DNA of 64,000 nucleotides from positions 248,001-312,000 of the forward strand of contig JAMDHS010000003.1 of assembly GCA_029717555.1 (NCBI GenBank). The letters are read 5' to 3'. Under the pieces are notes generated by a model. That model made no database searches. It saw nothing but the letters and a program-made list of their open reading frames with translations, and had not been told where the DNA came from. This DNA comes from Peribolospora baueri. Taxonomy: Eukaryota. The translations under genes were made by a program, and so were the position numbers. Shown one piece after another: positions 22,742 to 34,858 of this stretch (position 1 is the first letter of the stretch; the number at the start of each line of letters is the position of its first letter).

Positions 22742-23976
22742 TCACCCTCCATCAGAATCAGACACCCAACCCAGATCCACACCTCCAAAAAAGTCCTGTC
22801 CCGCCATCGCTCGGTCCAAGGCCGCCGCCCTGTCTTTGTCGGTCCCGTCGACGACGGGGCCCGGTCTGCTCGTGCGAAGCCATTCAAACGCTCCAGTTCC
22901 ACCATCTTCGCCGTTCTGGGTCACGTCGGTCCGTTGCTTAACCTGGAGGGGCAGGGAGCTCTCTCTGTTCCGAGGTCGTAGCTCTAGCTCGTCCTCCTCC
23001 TCCTCCTCTCCGTCCTCGCCCAGAGGTGGCGACGGCCGCGTTTTCGCCTGGCTGGCGTCCGAGCTGTTCGTATCAAGGTAAAATGGGAACGCCTTCCTGG
23101 GAGGAAGGACGTCTGAATGTGCACTCCGATCCACGGACTGGCTTGCGCTTGTTCGAGAGGTCGTCGTCGTCCTTGACGGCTGGTAGTGACCTCGCGTGCT
23201 GCCCGACACGGCCGGCTCAGGGGCGCTCTGAGGTGTGGACTGCCTGGCCAATGAGTACGTCCGCCGTCTGATGAAAACGGGACGGCGCAAGCCAAATTTA
23301 GAATTCTCCGGTGGCACAGGCCAGGTGCGTCTCTGGGGTCATCCTGACGTGACTTCTTTTCCCTGGCTTACCGTTTCTGAGGAATGGACTCCGTCTGACT
23401 GGTCTCGGCATCAGCCGACGGCGGGTCGTCGAGTAAAGAGAGTAGAAAAAGTGGATCCCGTTTTGGAATAAGCATACGAGCCAGAGTGGTAAACAGTCGT
23501 TTGGCTTCCGGCGTCGGGTCGGCTGTTGAGATAGCGTGAGGGTGCGGGGACCGTGTCAGAGCGCTTCAGCGGGGATACTGATCCTATGCGAAGACGGCAC
23601 AGAGCTGCGGGGGTCGCGCTGGTTGGCCGGGGAACCATAACTCACCAGCGTACCCAGACATCCTCGCCACCCTCTCCAGTTCCTTGTTCTCCGCGGCGCT
23701 CAGTGCAGCGTAGTTGCGATCGCGACGTCTGGCCTTGGACCAGTCCTTCATCCATCGCCTCCGTCTCTTTCTCTTCGGCGGCATACTTCCTGACTCGTCC
23801 GCCGACCCACCCGAGGCCGACGTGGGGTTACCAAGGAGTTCACCGCCCCATTTTGAGCGCGAGGTCGAAGGAAGGGATACAGGCTCGAAGACCGTCCATC
23901 TATCTACGAGGGCAAGGTCGGGTGGAGTGGGAGGTCGAGGCGGAGACCGGTCTGGCTTGTCCTTGTCGTCGGACAT
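22742..23976 (-). CDS. Hypothetical low-complexity protein, multi-exon
   Basis: ORF 23584..23976 ends at a GTGAGT donor, with further donors GTATGC and GTAAGC. The terminal ORF is 22742..23317. The exon structure is uncertain. Confidence 0.5.
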
Positions 23977-24308
23977 GTTGTGTCGGGGGTTGGGTAAGCG
24001 CGCATTTGAAGATCACTGACGAGTGGCGGCGACGGCCGGCAACCGCTGTCTTCGACGGGGAGGAAGGTGTGGGAGCTGAGTGGGGTGTTAGTTAGGAGAC
24101 ATGAGGGGGGGGATGTGACAATGGCCAGGGAGTGATCGACGGCTGCGGCAAAATGACAATATGAATGCGAAGGTGGTCCGAGCTTGCTACTCAATTTGCT
24201 TCATCCTCACCTCCCCTAGATTCTAGCGCGAACCGGCTAGGACGTCTCTCAGTCGGAAAAGGGAGCACGAGCGCTCCACGTCGAGATCCTGAACGAGGCG
24301 AGCGAGCT

Positions 24309-25832
24309 ATGTCGGCTTTTGATCGACCTCCGTCTGCCACCTTCGCTCCATTCGCTTCACCCAACAGCTATGGTGATGACGCCGTTGCGAGCGGCGTGGC
24401 CATGGGAGACCCCTTCATCAGTCGCCCTATCCCCTCTCCCAACGCACGAGCTCCCCCATTTACGCCTCCCCACCATACCTCCGCGTCCTTGCCGGCCCCC
24501 GTAGCGCGCATGGGCTACCAGGGCACCCCGCCGTCGCCGTCGTTGCCCTTCCCACCATCTCTTGCCCCGGCGGCGGCCGAGATTGCGCTAACGGCGTTCT
24601 GTTTGGGTGCTGTCTGCGCGGTAGGCATCTCATTTGGATTGGTATTACTGTTGCCTTCCACTTTCGACGACGCTTTACGCCGAGGTCCGATGGCGAACGA
24701 GAAGGGAGTAGGTGGAGGGCTTCCATCATGGGACGACTGGACGGGAGAGAGATTTGGCTCGGCGGCGAGATGGATACGGCCCCAGTTGTTCTTCTTCGTG
24801 GGATTCTGGGCGTTGTTTCACATGCTCGAGTTTTGGATCACCGCGACGTACAATCGGAGCAAGGTGTTCGTCGACTGTGAGTGCACGGGGATGATCGGCC
24901 CGGCCGGCGGTACGGCGAGTTAGTAGGCGAAGCTGTGGCCTCTCAGTTCAAAGGCTCTCCATCTCTCTCTCGTTCGCATGCGTTGTTTCGGATCAGCCTT
25001 CCTTCTGAACAATGGTCGAGCATATCACATCGCGCACGCGGTCGGGATCCTAGAGTTCATCGTCGGTTGCTATCTCTTCCCGGAGCGAAAGTCGATCGGC
25101 CAATTGACCTATGTAGGTGAGCGCTTCTTATCCGCATTTTCGCCGGTCTCCGTGGCTCATCACCGCCAACGACTAGCCCTTCTCCGGGTCGGGGGACTGC
25201 GAAAAAGGCTCAACGCCAGCTCGGTGGAATTTTGATTGTTCCTTCTCCTCTTCCCAGGTCTGGCCCTCATGGTCATGGGTCAAACGTGCAGGTCGCTGGC
25301 CATGATTCAAGCCTCGGAAAACTTTAGCCACATCGTCGCCGTGCAGAAGAAGAACGAGCACCAGCTCGTCACATGGGGCGTCTACGGGTGAGCGACGACG
25401 TCCCTTCACCGCGTTCGTCTCGGCCCAGGCCACAGCGAGTCATACGAGAGCTGACGTACACGTCGCTTCCTTCTCTCGGCGCTCCCCCCTCCCCTCTGCT
25501 AGCTACCTCCGACACCCGTCCTACTTTGGCTTCTACTACTGGGCCGTCGGCACGCAGATCATGCTGTGCAACCCGGCAGCGACGCTCGGCTTTTCCGTCG
25601 TCTTATGGCGGTTCTTCAACAACCGCATCAGAGGTGAGCCCGTCGCGGCACGCAAAGGCATGGAGGATGGATGGAAGCTGGGCTGACTGGACTGGACTGG
25701 ACTGGATTCGGCGGCGGCGGCTCCCTTCACACTCCTTGGTCAGACGAGGAGCGCTTCCTCGTCCGTTTTTTCGGACAAGACTACGTCCGGTACCGCGATC
25801 GCGTCCGGACATGGATCCCTTTCATCCGTTGA
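24309..25832 (+). CDS. STE14: Protein-S-isoprenylcysteine O-methyltransferase, about 5 exons
   Basis: FHMLEFWITATYN, RSLAMIQASENFSHIV, HQLVTWGVY..LRHPSYFGFYYWAVGTQIMLCNP, RI..EERFLVRFFGQDYVRYRDRVRTWIPFIR*. Confidence 0.95.
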
Positions 25833-26754
25833 TGCGTTTAAGACGGGATACCGTCGTCTCGCCCACCGACTCGGCGCTCGGCCGTCGTGTGCACGCGTGT
25901 GCTGTACCTGTACTGTACGTACGTACGACATCGATAGGATGACTCTGTGAACGGTTGGTTGGTCGCCGCGAAAAAGAAACACCGGTCGAGCTCGGTTCGG
26001 CTCGCCAAACGGGGCTAGCTGGCTTGAGAGAGAAGGAAGATCGACCGGAGGGGCGTGCCTCACTCATACATGTATGGAATGAGGAGGAGAAAGGAAAGGG
26101 AACGAACGACCAGTCTCGCAAGACCTTCGACCTTTGTCACGTGAAGTGTGAACGAAAGACGAAACAACGCTTTCACAAAGGCGCAAAGTGATTCATGCAT
26201 GCTTTCAAAGCATGCATGCACGACACGATGACCAGAGGAGCATGCCGCCTTGAAACTGGCGCGATCAAATGCGAAAACAAGGAAAACTGTGGTCGCGTCT
26301 GTGGTACACAGAAAGGGGTTCGTTTTGGCCCACCTCACAAAGGAAGTGGTATTTTCTAAATGTGGAAAACAAAAACGGGGGAGGATGGTCATCGTCGTCT
26401 CTCTACATGAAGTGTGAAGTGAAATGGGACCATGAACATCGTCGTCATCCAAACTTTGAAAAAGGGTAAAACAAAAAAAAATGGTCTCCATCGCATGGAT
26501 TGGCCTGGCCGGCTGGCCACCTTTCCTCGGCTTCCTTTCCTAACCCGATTCGCGCGCACGTTTACGCACACGATGATCGGGCCGGCTGCGCTTAGCTACA
26601 CTACAAGAGACCCGTCTGCATCGAAAGTAACGAGAATGGCAGGAGCGGACGGGGGGATGGGAAGACAAGTGGTTGGACAAAGGAAAGGGGAGTGAAACGG
26701 ATCCCGATCCGCCAAAAGGGCAAAGGGGCGGACGGGATCGGAGCGGCGAGACGC

Positions 26755-27253
26755 TTAAGCAAGGTTGATGGGCGTGCAGCCGGTCTGGACAAGGCCGTTC
26801 TGGCTCTGGCCCGTGCAGCAAGCGACGTTGCTAATGAAGGACGAGAGGCGAGCCGACAGAGGTGAGCAAGACATGGCTATCCGAGGAATCACGAACCACG
26901 GAACACTCACGCCTTGCAGTTGTTGGTGATGGGCACACCGATGAGGACACCGACGGGGACACACTGGACACCAACGTGGCCGGCGACGTCGCTGATGGGG
27001 CCGAGGAGCGTGTTGAGAGCGGAGATCTGGGAAGCGTCGTTGGTGAGGTGCTGGCAGCACTGAGCGGTACCGGTGGAGCAGACGTTCTTGTTCCCCTTGG
27101 GCTCCTCGTGCTTGTTGGCGTAGGCCGAGCCGGCGACGGCGAGGAGAGCGACAACGGTGCTGAACTGTAGATGGAATGATGCGATACGATACGATACGGT
27201 CAATGGGGAGCGGACGGTGGGTCGGAGAGGAGGGAAGAAGCGCGTACCTTCAT
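26755..27253 (-). CDS. Class I hydrophobin, 3 exons, 111 aa
   Basis: join(27253..27248,27164..26911,26830..26755). Signal peptide MKFSTVVALLAVAGSAYA. Cys spacing is C-6-CC-30-C-14-C-5-CC-12-C. Confidence 0.93.
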
Positions 27254-27388
27254 GTTGACTAGAGTTAAGAGAGCGTCGATAGACAGCGAAGGGGTAGGGA
27301 TAGGTATATGTGGGTTAGTGTGGGGAGAGGAGAAAGAGATAGAAGAGATGATGAGGGAAAAACGGCTGACGGCGGGCGTCGGGGGGGA

Positions 27389-27395
27389 TTTTATA
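27389..27395 (-). promoter_or_regulatory. TATA box of the hydrophobin gene
   Basis: TATAAAA about 135 bp upstream of the ATG, followed by a pyrimidine-rich leader. Confidence 0.6.
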
Positions 27396-29303
27396 CCTTC
27401 TCTCGCCCTCTGTCTGCACTCGCCTGCCCTTTGCCCTCGGTCGCCGAGGTCGCTGTCTCTCTTCGCTGTGTGTGTCCCTCCCGCTCGACGTCGCTCGTCT
27501 GCCGCTGCCCTCTGTTTGGCCCACTCGCCCGCTCGGGCTGAGGAGGGAATGAAGAGAGGAGGATGCGGGAGCGTCGCTCCCCTGCTTGCTTGGCCTGACG
27601 AGCGAGGAGAGGCGAGGCGAGGCGAGTATTGTGCCTCCGAACATGCCGTCACTTACATTAGCGCAGCCTCGACGGTGCGACAGGTAGAGCATGAGCGACT
27701 GGCGCGACCGATCTGACGACCTGACGGGCTGGGTCCCTTCGTTTGAGCTCGAGCCGGTCTTGTCTTTGCCACGCCGAGGATCGACCCCGACCGGCCCGGC
27801 CAGCACCGGGCGACGGCGGATGGGAAGAAACAGAAAAGAATGCGCGGCGACGACGACGACGACGACGACGGAGGATGGGTTAGCGTCAAGGGTGGAATGA
27901 GCCTGCCACCTCCGCCGGTGGCAGGCCGTCTTTGGCTTGGAGATCGGTGGCTGGACGACGGCCGGACAAGGATTGGATGGATTGGATGGAGGGATCGCCG
28001 GCTGTGCCTGTCTGTCCTATCGCGGGCCGTCGAACGTGGACGATGAGATGAGCATCTAAGATTCCAAGGACGCAGCGATCGGAGTGCGTGCGTCGCAGAT
28101 CGCCCATCTGAGTCCAAGCAAGCGCCCGTCCATCCCATTCGCACGCACTCGACTCGTCCGTTGTCCGTTCTCATCCATCCATGTCTGCGCGGGGTCGGTT
28201 AGGAAGGAGATGGTTCGGGGCGACGCACTGCGGCAGATCGAGGGGTTGGTGGAATGGACGACGGTTACCGCAGCCATCGACCCGCACGCCGGCGGTCTGT
28301 CCATCCTGTCAGCCTGTGTGTCCATCCGTCGACGTCAGCGTCAGCGTCAGCGTCAATATCAGCATCAGCATCAGCATCAGCATCAACTTGTGCATGTGCA
28401 TCCAGCAGCTCCAGCATCAGCATCCCATCTTCATGCACTAGCCCCCCACGCTCTCGCCAACGCGCGCTCGAGCGCCTTCCTGCCCTGCCCTTGCACAACA
28501 CCCGTGACCATGTTAGTCATGACTTGCGTAACATACAATGCAGGAATGGACGTGCACTCGAATGCACATACGCGCCCGGTTCTCCTCCTCCCGGCGTGGA
28601 GGATGGAAGCTGCCTGGCCCATTGAGGTAGGATCTACCTTCCAGTCTCTCTAGCCCGTGCCCGTGCGCTTGTCTCGTCCTGCCCCCCTCTCTCTCTCCGG
28701 CGCGGCGATCCGCGCGAACGAACGAAAGAAATAATTCCCTCGTCCCGCTCCCTGCTTTCCCATGTGGAAAATCTCCGAGCGCGCACGTCCATCCTCCTCG
28801 TGACTGCACCGGCGAATCCCGAAGGAGGATCGCATCGGTGGGGGTGCGGCGACGACGCCAGCAAGGACGGACATGAGACGCCTAGCCCACGGTAGGGGTA
28901 CATACCATGCGCGGGAGGGCCGCCCTTCCGCGTTCGAGTTCTCCTTAAACTTTCGACACTCGTGTGTAGTCTGTCGACGCTCACAACCGCCCACCGCACG
29001 GAGGTCTTGGGGTCGTTCTTTGCTACGCGCCGCTGCTCCTGTCGCTCTCCCTTCTCTTTCGCCCTTGCCGTGACACGCTTGCTTGCCAGTTGCGCACGAA
29101 TCCCAAGGATGAGGGGACGAGGGAGGGATACAGGCATGCGCCGCTGCCGCCCCTTCCGCCGCACATCTCCGGCCGTCTCTGCTCACAGGCCACGTGGGAT
29201 CACGTGATTCAGGGCCGCGAAAGCCCTTGCTTGGCTCGACGACGACCCGACCATTCTGTTCGATCAGTCCAAGTGCCACCATCGCGACGAACGAACGAAC
29301 GAG

Positions 29304-30745
29304 ATGATCAGCGTACAGGCGCCCGTCGCCCTTCACACCGTCCTTCCGCCGACCGCTGTCGCCGAGGCTCGGCCGGCGGATGTGCCTGAGAATGCGCCAG
29401 AACATTGCCCGGTGAGCGCTGGTTCCATTCGGACCACAGCCAAAGCAGAGAGAGCGAGTGAACGGGTGGCGAAGGATGCAGAAGAAGCTCACCTCCCCCC
29501 ATTCTCCCTCCTGCCTTCCATCCGCGTTCCCTCTTGGATACAGGGCGTCGAGTCCGACCAAGCAGGCAAGTCCTCCGCCTGTGCCGGTTGCCCTAACCAG
29601 TCCGTATGTGCCTCGACGCCAAAGGGCCCAGATCCGGACTTGCCGGCGATCCGCGGGCGCATGGCGGACGTTAGGAAGAAGATTCTCGTCATGAGCGGAA
29701 AGGGAGGCGTCGGGAAGAGCACGTTTACCGCTCAGCTTGGTTGGGCCTTTGCGAGCGATGAGGACAGGCAGGTGCGTGCTCTCCGGCCGTCGCTTTTCTC
29801 GGTGGCGAGCTCGCCTCGCCTCGCCTCGCCGGGCGCTGACCACCCGACTGACCGGCCCTTTTCCTTCTCTTCACCGTCGCCTCTTTGACAGACCGGCGTG
29901 ATGGACATCGACATCTGTGGCCCTTCCATCCCAACCATCATGGGCCTCCAAAACGCGACAATTCACTCCACGTCCTCGGGCTGGTCGCCCGTGTACCTGT
30001 CCGACAATCTGTCCTGCATGTCCATCGGCTTCATGCTTCCCCCTTCTTCGACCGTCCCCGGCGCCACTGCGACGACAAATCCGTCCGCGATCATCTGGCG
30101 TGGACCGAAGAAGAACGGGTTGATCAAGCAGTTTCTCAAAGACGTAGAATGGGGACAGCTTGACTATCTTCTCGTCGACACGCCTCCTGGAACCTCGGAC
30201 GAGCACCTGAGCATCGCCAACTATCTTCGAGATGGCTCCGACGGAGGTGTGGACGGCGCGATCCTCATCACGACGCCCCAGGAGGTGAGCCTGCAAGACG
30301 TACGGAGGGAGATCAGCTTCTGCAAGAAGATGGGTATCCCCATCCTCGGTCTCGTGGAGAACATGAGCGGCTTCGTCTGCCCCTCTTGCTCCGGAAAGAG
30401 CGACGTGTTCTACCCCACCACCGGTGGCGCCCAGGCCTTGGCGGACGAGCTGGGCTTGAGGATGTTAGGCAAGGTGCCGTTGGACCCGAGGATCGGAAAG
30501 GCGTGCGATATGGGAGAGAGCTTTCTAGACGAGTACCCCGACAGCCCGGCGACGTCGGCGTACTTGGAGATCATCGACAGTGAGTAGTTTGATCTGCCGT
30601 TCGACGTCGAGTCTTCCCCCCTCGTGCCCATTTTCTTTATATTTCCAACGCCGTCGGAGCTGGTTCGTCCTCACCCTTCATTACGTTCTTCCCGTGACGC
30701 CTTTTTCTTTTCTCAGAGATCAAAGACATCCTTGGCGAAAAGTAA
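29304..30745 (+). CDS. NBP35: Cytosolic Fe-S cluster assembly factor Nbp35, 4 exons
   Basis: [18 protein letters not shown] (N-terminal Fe-S motif), [57 protein letters not shown]. Confidence 0.96.
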
Positions 30746-31159
30746 TCGACCAACCTGGGACTCGCGGCTTTCTCCACGATGTTCGCTCCGCATTTTTCGC
30801 ACTGATTTCCTTCTGGCTGTCCACGGATTCGATGGATTCGCATTTCTTCTCTTCTCTTTCCCCTTTCGCTGCTCACATTGCGCCCCATTGTACTATGTAT
30901 ATCTGGCCGTCGGGCTTGTATTCTTGCTGAATTCTTGCTGAATGGATTCTTGCCTCGCCAAGACTTTGTTAGGAGCATTTGCCCCTGTCCATTCATCGGG
31001 TGGCGTTATGAGAGTGCCCGGAGACCCGGTGGAGCGCTGCCTATGTCCGCTTACATCCTCTCATATCCGCCCATTCGGGCTTCTCGTCCCCCTCGATCAC
31101 TCGTCCAGAGAGCATTTCTGGCTTCGCGACGGACGAAACGCACAGAGAACTCTGTAGCC

Positions 31160-34100
31160 ATGTCCTACACTCCGACGCCCGTTCCAACGCCCGGGCCTAG
31201 CGCCGGTCGCACCTCGTACGTGCGCTCCGTCCTCGGACCCAAGCTTTTCCAACACGTCAAGGACGCCAAGGTGCTCGTCGTTGGCGCCGGAGGCATCGGA
31301 TGCGAGCTGCTCAAAAACTTGGTCATGGTCGGCTTTGGGCACATCGATATCGTGCGTTGTCATGTCGTGTCATGTTTCGGTTCGGGGTTTTGGGTCTTTT
31401 GCCCCGTCTTGGAGGAGAGCGTTTACGCCCATTTTCTGTCTTTCGCCGTGGCTGATGCGAAATACGATCCTCCCCACCTTTTTCCTCCCCTCCCTCCCGG
31501 CCGGCCGGCCTCTGCGCAGGTCGACCTCGACACCATTGGTGAGGCGGCGGCGGCGGCGACGGCAGGATGCGCGGCGAAGACGAGTCCGAGTTGCTGACGT
31601 CCCCGTTGACCTTGCCCCTTGCGCGCGTGCCGACGACAGACCTCTCCAACTTGAACCGCCAGTTCCTTTTCGGAAAGAAGCACATCAAAAAACCAAAGGC
31701 CATCGTGAGCAGCATCGCGGCCCTCTGTCGCCTTTGGAACGCGTGAGGAGGACTGAGAGTCCCTTCCTTTTGTTGTTGTTGTTGAACTAGGTCGCGAAAG
31801 AGACGGCGAGCGCCTTCAACCCTCACGTCTCTATTACCGCGATCCACGCCAACATCAAAGACCCTCAATTTGATATCGCCTACTACAAAAAGTTTAACAT
31901 GGTCCTCAATGCGTTGGACAACTTGGGTAGGTAGGCGGATGGGGCCCAAGGGAACTCTGTCTATCCATCTCTGACTGCCGGTGCTCCGCCTGTTTCACGG
32001 TCCCTTCCACCCCTCTTGTCCTCCGTCTCTATAGACGCTCGTCGCTGGGTGAACAAGATGTGCATCGCGTCTGGCGTGTCCCTTGTGGAGTCGGGAACGA
32101 CAGGTTTCCTCGGACAGGTGCAGCCCATTCAGAAGGTGAGGGCCGGCGCGTATTGCTTGTGGCTTCGAGATCGGGGCTCTTCCGGTATTGACTGTTTTCG
32201 TCCTATCTCGCGGCGCAGGGCACGACAGAGTGCTATGACTGCAATCCGAAACCGATACCGAAGAGCTATCCGGTCTGCACTATACGAAGCACGCCGAGTA
32301 CGCCCATTCACTGCATCGTTTGGGCAAAAAGCTACCTCTTCACGTTAGTGGCACGCCCGTTCTCATCACTGTCGAGAGCGGATAAGTTTTGTTCAGTGAC
32401 TGATTCCTTCGAACGCATCCCGCGGTGGCTGCCTATCCTTCTCCGAGGACAGTCAACTGTTTGGCGAGGATGACGAAACCGGAGAGCAGGAGCTTGACAA
32501 AGCCATCGCAAACGGCGAGAACGGTATGTCACTGCCACTTGTCAACTTGCGTACCCACGCTTACGAAAGTGACGCTGAAGACACTGTTCTTCTTTTTCGC
32601 AACCAGCAACCGAGATCGAGAACCTGCGGAAGGAGGCTATGGCATTCAGGGACATGAGGGCGTCCCTTGGCAGCGATGCCAATGCAAAGGCCGTGTTCAA
32701 CAAGGTACGCGTCACGAGCGTTGATGCTTCCTCGACCTTGCACTCACGCCTCCTGGATTCTGGGCAACGACGCAACAGATCTTTGACCAGGACGTGCGCC
32801 GGCTGTTGTCGATGGAAGACATGTGGAAGACGAGAGCAAAGCCCGCGCCACTTGATTACGATTCCGCCTTGCACGACGATTTGATCCCCCCAGCCGCGGC
32901 CAAAGCCGCTCAGCCGGCCGCTAACGGTACGGACGGACATACGAGTACGAGCAACCTCAAAGACCAAAAGTTGTTGACGTTGAGGGAGAACGTGGAGCTT
33001 TTTACGAGCAGGTGTGTCACCCGACGGTATCCAGCCACCATCTTCCGGACCTTCAGGGACACCGTTCCTTTCCTAATACGTCGACCTTTCTCTTTTGCAG
33101 CCTCCAGCGCTTGTCGGCGAGGGCAAAGGCTGATCCTAGCACGCCTTTGGAGTTTGACAAGGATGATGATGACACCCTGGACTTTGTGTTCGCAACGTCG
33201 AACCTACGGGCACGGGTGTACGGCATCGAGGAGAAGACGCGCTTCCAAGTGAAAGGTCAGTCTGCCCTTTTCCCTAGAAGCCACAGATTCCATTGACCCG
33301 GCTGGCAGTGACTTGTGTCTCACTGCTTCTGCCATCCCGCTCTGCCGTTATAGAAATGGCGGGCAACATCATCCCGGCTATCGCAACGACGAACGCTATC
33401 ATTGCCGGCGCACTCGTCCTCCAGTCCCTGAACGTACTCCGCTCCTCCTGGTCATCTGCGCGCTTCGTATCTCTGTCGCGCACGCCTCAGCGTATCTTTA
33501 CCTCCATGCCCGCCGCGCCTCCCAATCCGGCTTGTTCAGTCTGCCGTGACGTCTATGTTACTCTCGGCGTCGAGCCTTCCAAGCTCACGCTGGGTACCTT
33601 CATCGACGAGGTGGTCAACGGCGAGATGGAGATGGAGTGGGAGGTGCAAGTGTTTGAAGGGGAGCGCCTGCTCGCCGACCCGGACTTTGACGACAACTGG
33701 GAGAAGACGTTCGAAGAGCTGGGTCTCACAGAAGGCAAGCTGGTGGCTGTTAGCGACGAAGACGGCGTGATGAGCACGGTGCAGTTCGTGCTGACGGCCT
33801 TGAAGTGGGTACCCGGTTCGAGTCGCCCAAGCGTCCTTTCCTTTCGCGCGTTGCAAACTGAACATTTTTTCTGTGGCTTGTCCCCGCCCCTCTCGCTCAG
33901 CGCACCGGCGTTGGGTAAAGTCACGTCTCCCGGGCTGTACAATCTCGCTATCGACGTTCCCAAGGGTGCTGTTCCCAGGAAGGCTAAACCTGCGCCGGGG
34001 CCCACAGATGAAGAAGCCGACGGCGAGGAGGTCACTTTGGCCACCGGTGCGAATGTGGTCAAGCGGCATGTAGAAGAAGAGGCGACCGTTACGGCGGTGG

Positions 34101-34219
34101 ACGAGCCCAAGACAAAGAGGGTGAGGCCGACGGAAGGCGATGGAGAGGGAAGCGGAGGCGGCTCCTCCAAGGAGACGGCCGTCGAGCTCGCGGACGACGA
34201 CGTCATCGTCCTCGACTAG
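31160..34219 (+). CDS. UBA2: SUMO-activating enzyme E1 subunit 2, many exons
   Basis: [92 protein letters not shown]. Confidence 0.96.
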
Positions 34220-34268
34220 ACAAAACTGAGCCCCGTCGACGCTTCGTTCGTCCGTGGGCCCTGCACCG

Positions 34269-34324
34269 TGTACGTGTATCGTGAGGCTGTATGTACGTGT
34301 ATCGTGAGGCTGTATGTACGTGTA
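34269..34324. repeat. 23-bp tandem repeat, about 2.4 copies
   Basis: TGTACGTGTATCGTGAGGCTGTA occurs twice perfectly plus a partial copy, in the UBA2 3' flank. Confidence 0.9.
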
Positions 34325-34858
34325 CACTGCAACGGCCAGTGATGTCGTGGGAGGGCGAGCACGTCTTCTCATTTGCCAGGTCCACCTCGTTATCGTGGTG
34401 GTATCCTTCCGACGACAAACATGGCCTGCCAATGTTCTGAGCAACGGCGCTTCAATGCGTGAAACAGAAACCAGCCTTCCATGCCCCGCATATACGATGG
34501 GTGACGAGGAGAGGGAGGAAGGACAAGGAGTGATCGCGCCTCGCACGCGCAGTTCCAAACGTCCCCGGTCCGTGCATGTCTGTCGATGCGAGAGGGCCGC
34601 GTGCCTCATTTACATTATCTGAGTGCCAAGTCCGACGAGGTGCTGGAGAATGAGGCACCTACGTCAAGGACAGCTGATCCAGCACAAGCAGTCGCACACA
34701 GCGACATGAAGGCGTAGGCGAACTCCTAGGATTGCACACCAAACTCGCCATCCTCTGATACGTTTCAGGAACGGCGCCGTCCGTCGAACGAAACTCCGTG
34801 CTTGCAGTTTTTTTTTGGTATTGACAAACCCAGCAAAGGCAAAAGCAAGAGGAAGATG

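Noticed and set aside
28084..28653. ORF with QH/SA repeats
   Set aside because: Produced by a (CATCAG/CGTCAG)n microsatellite in intergenic DNA, with no protein-like features.
34269..34324. CRISPR-like repeat
   Set aside because: The units are directly adjacent with no spacers, and the context is eukaryotic.
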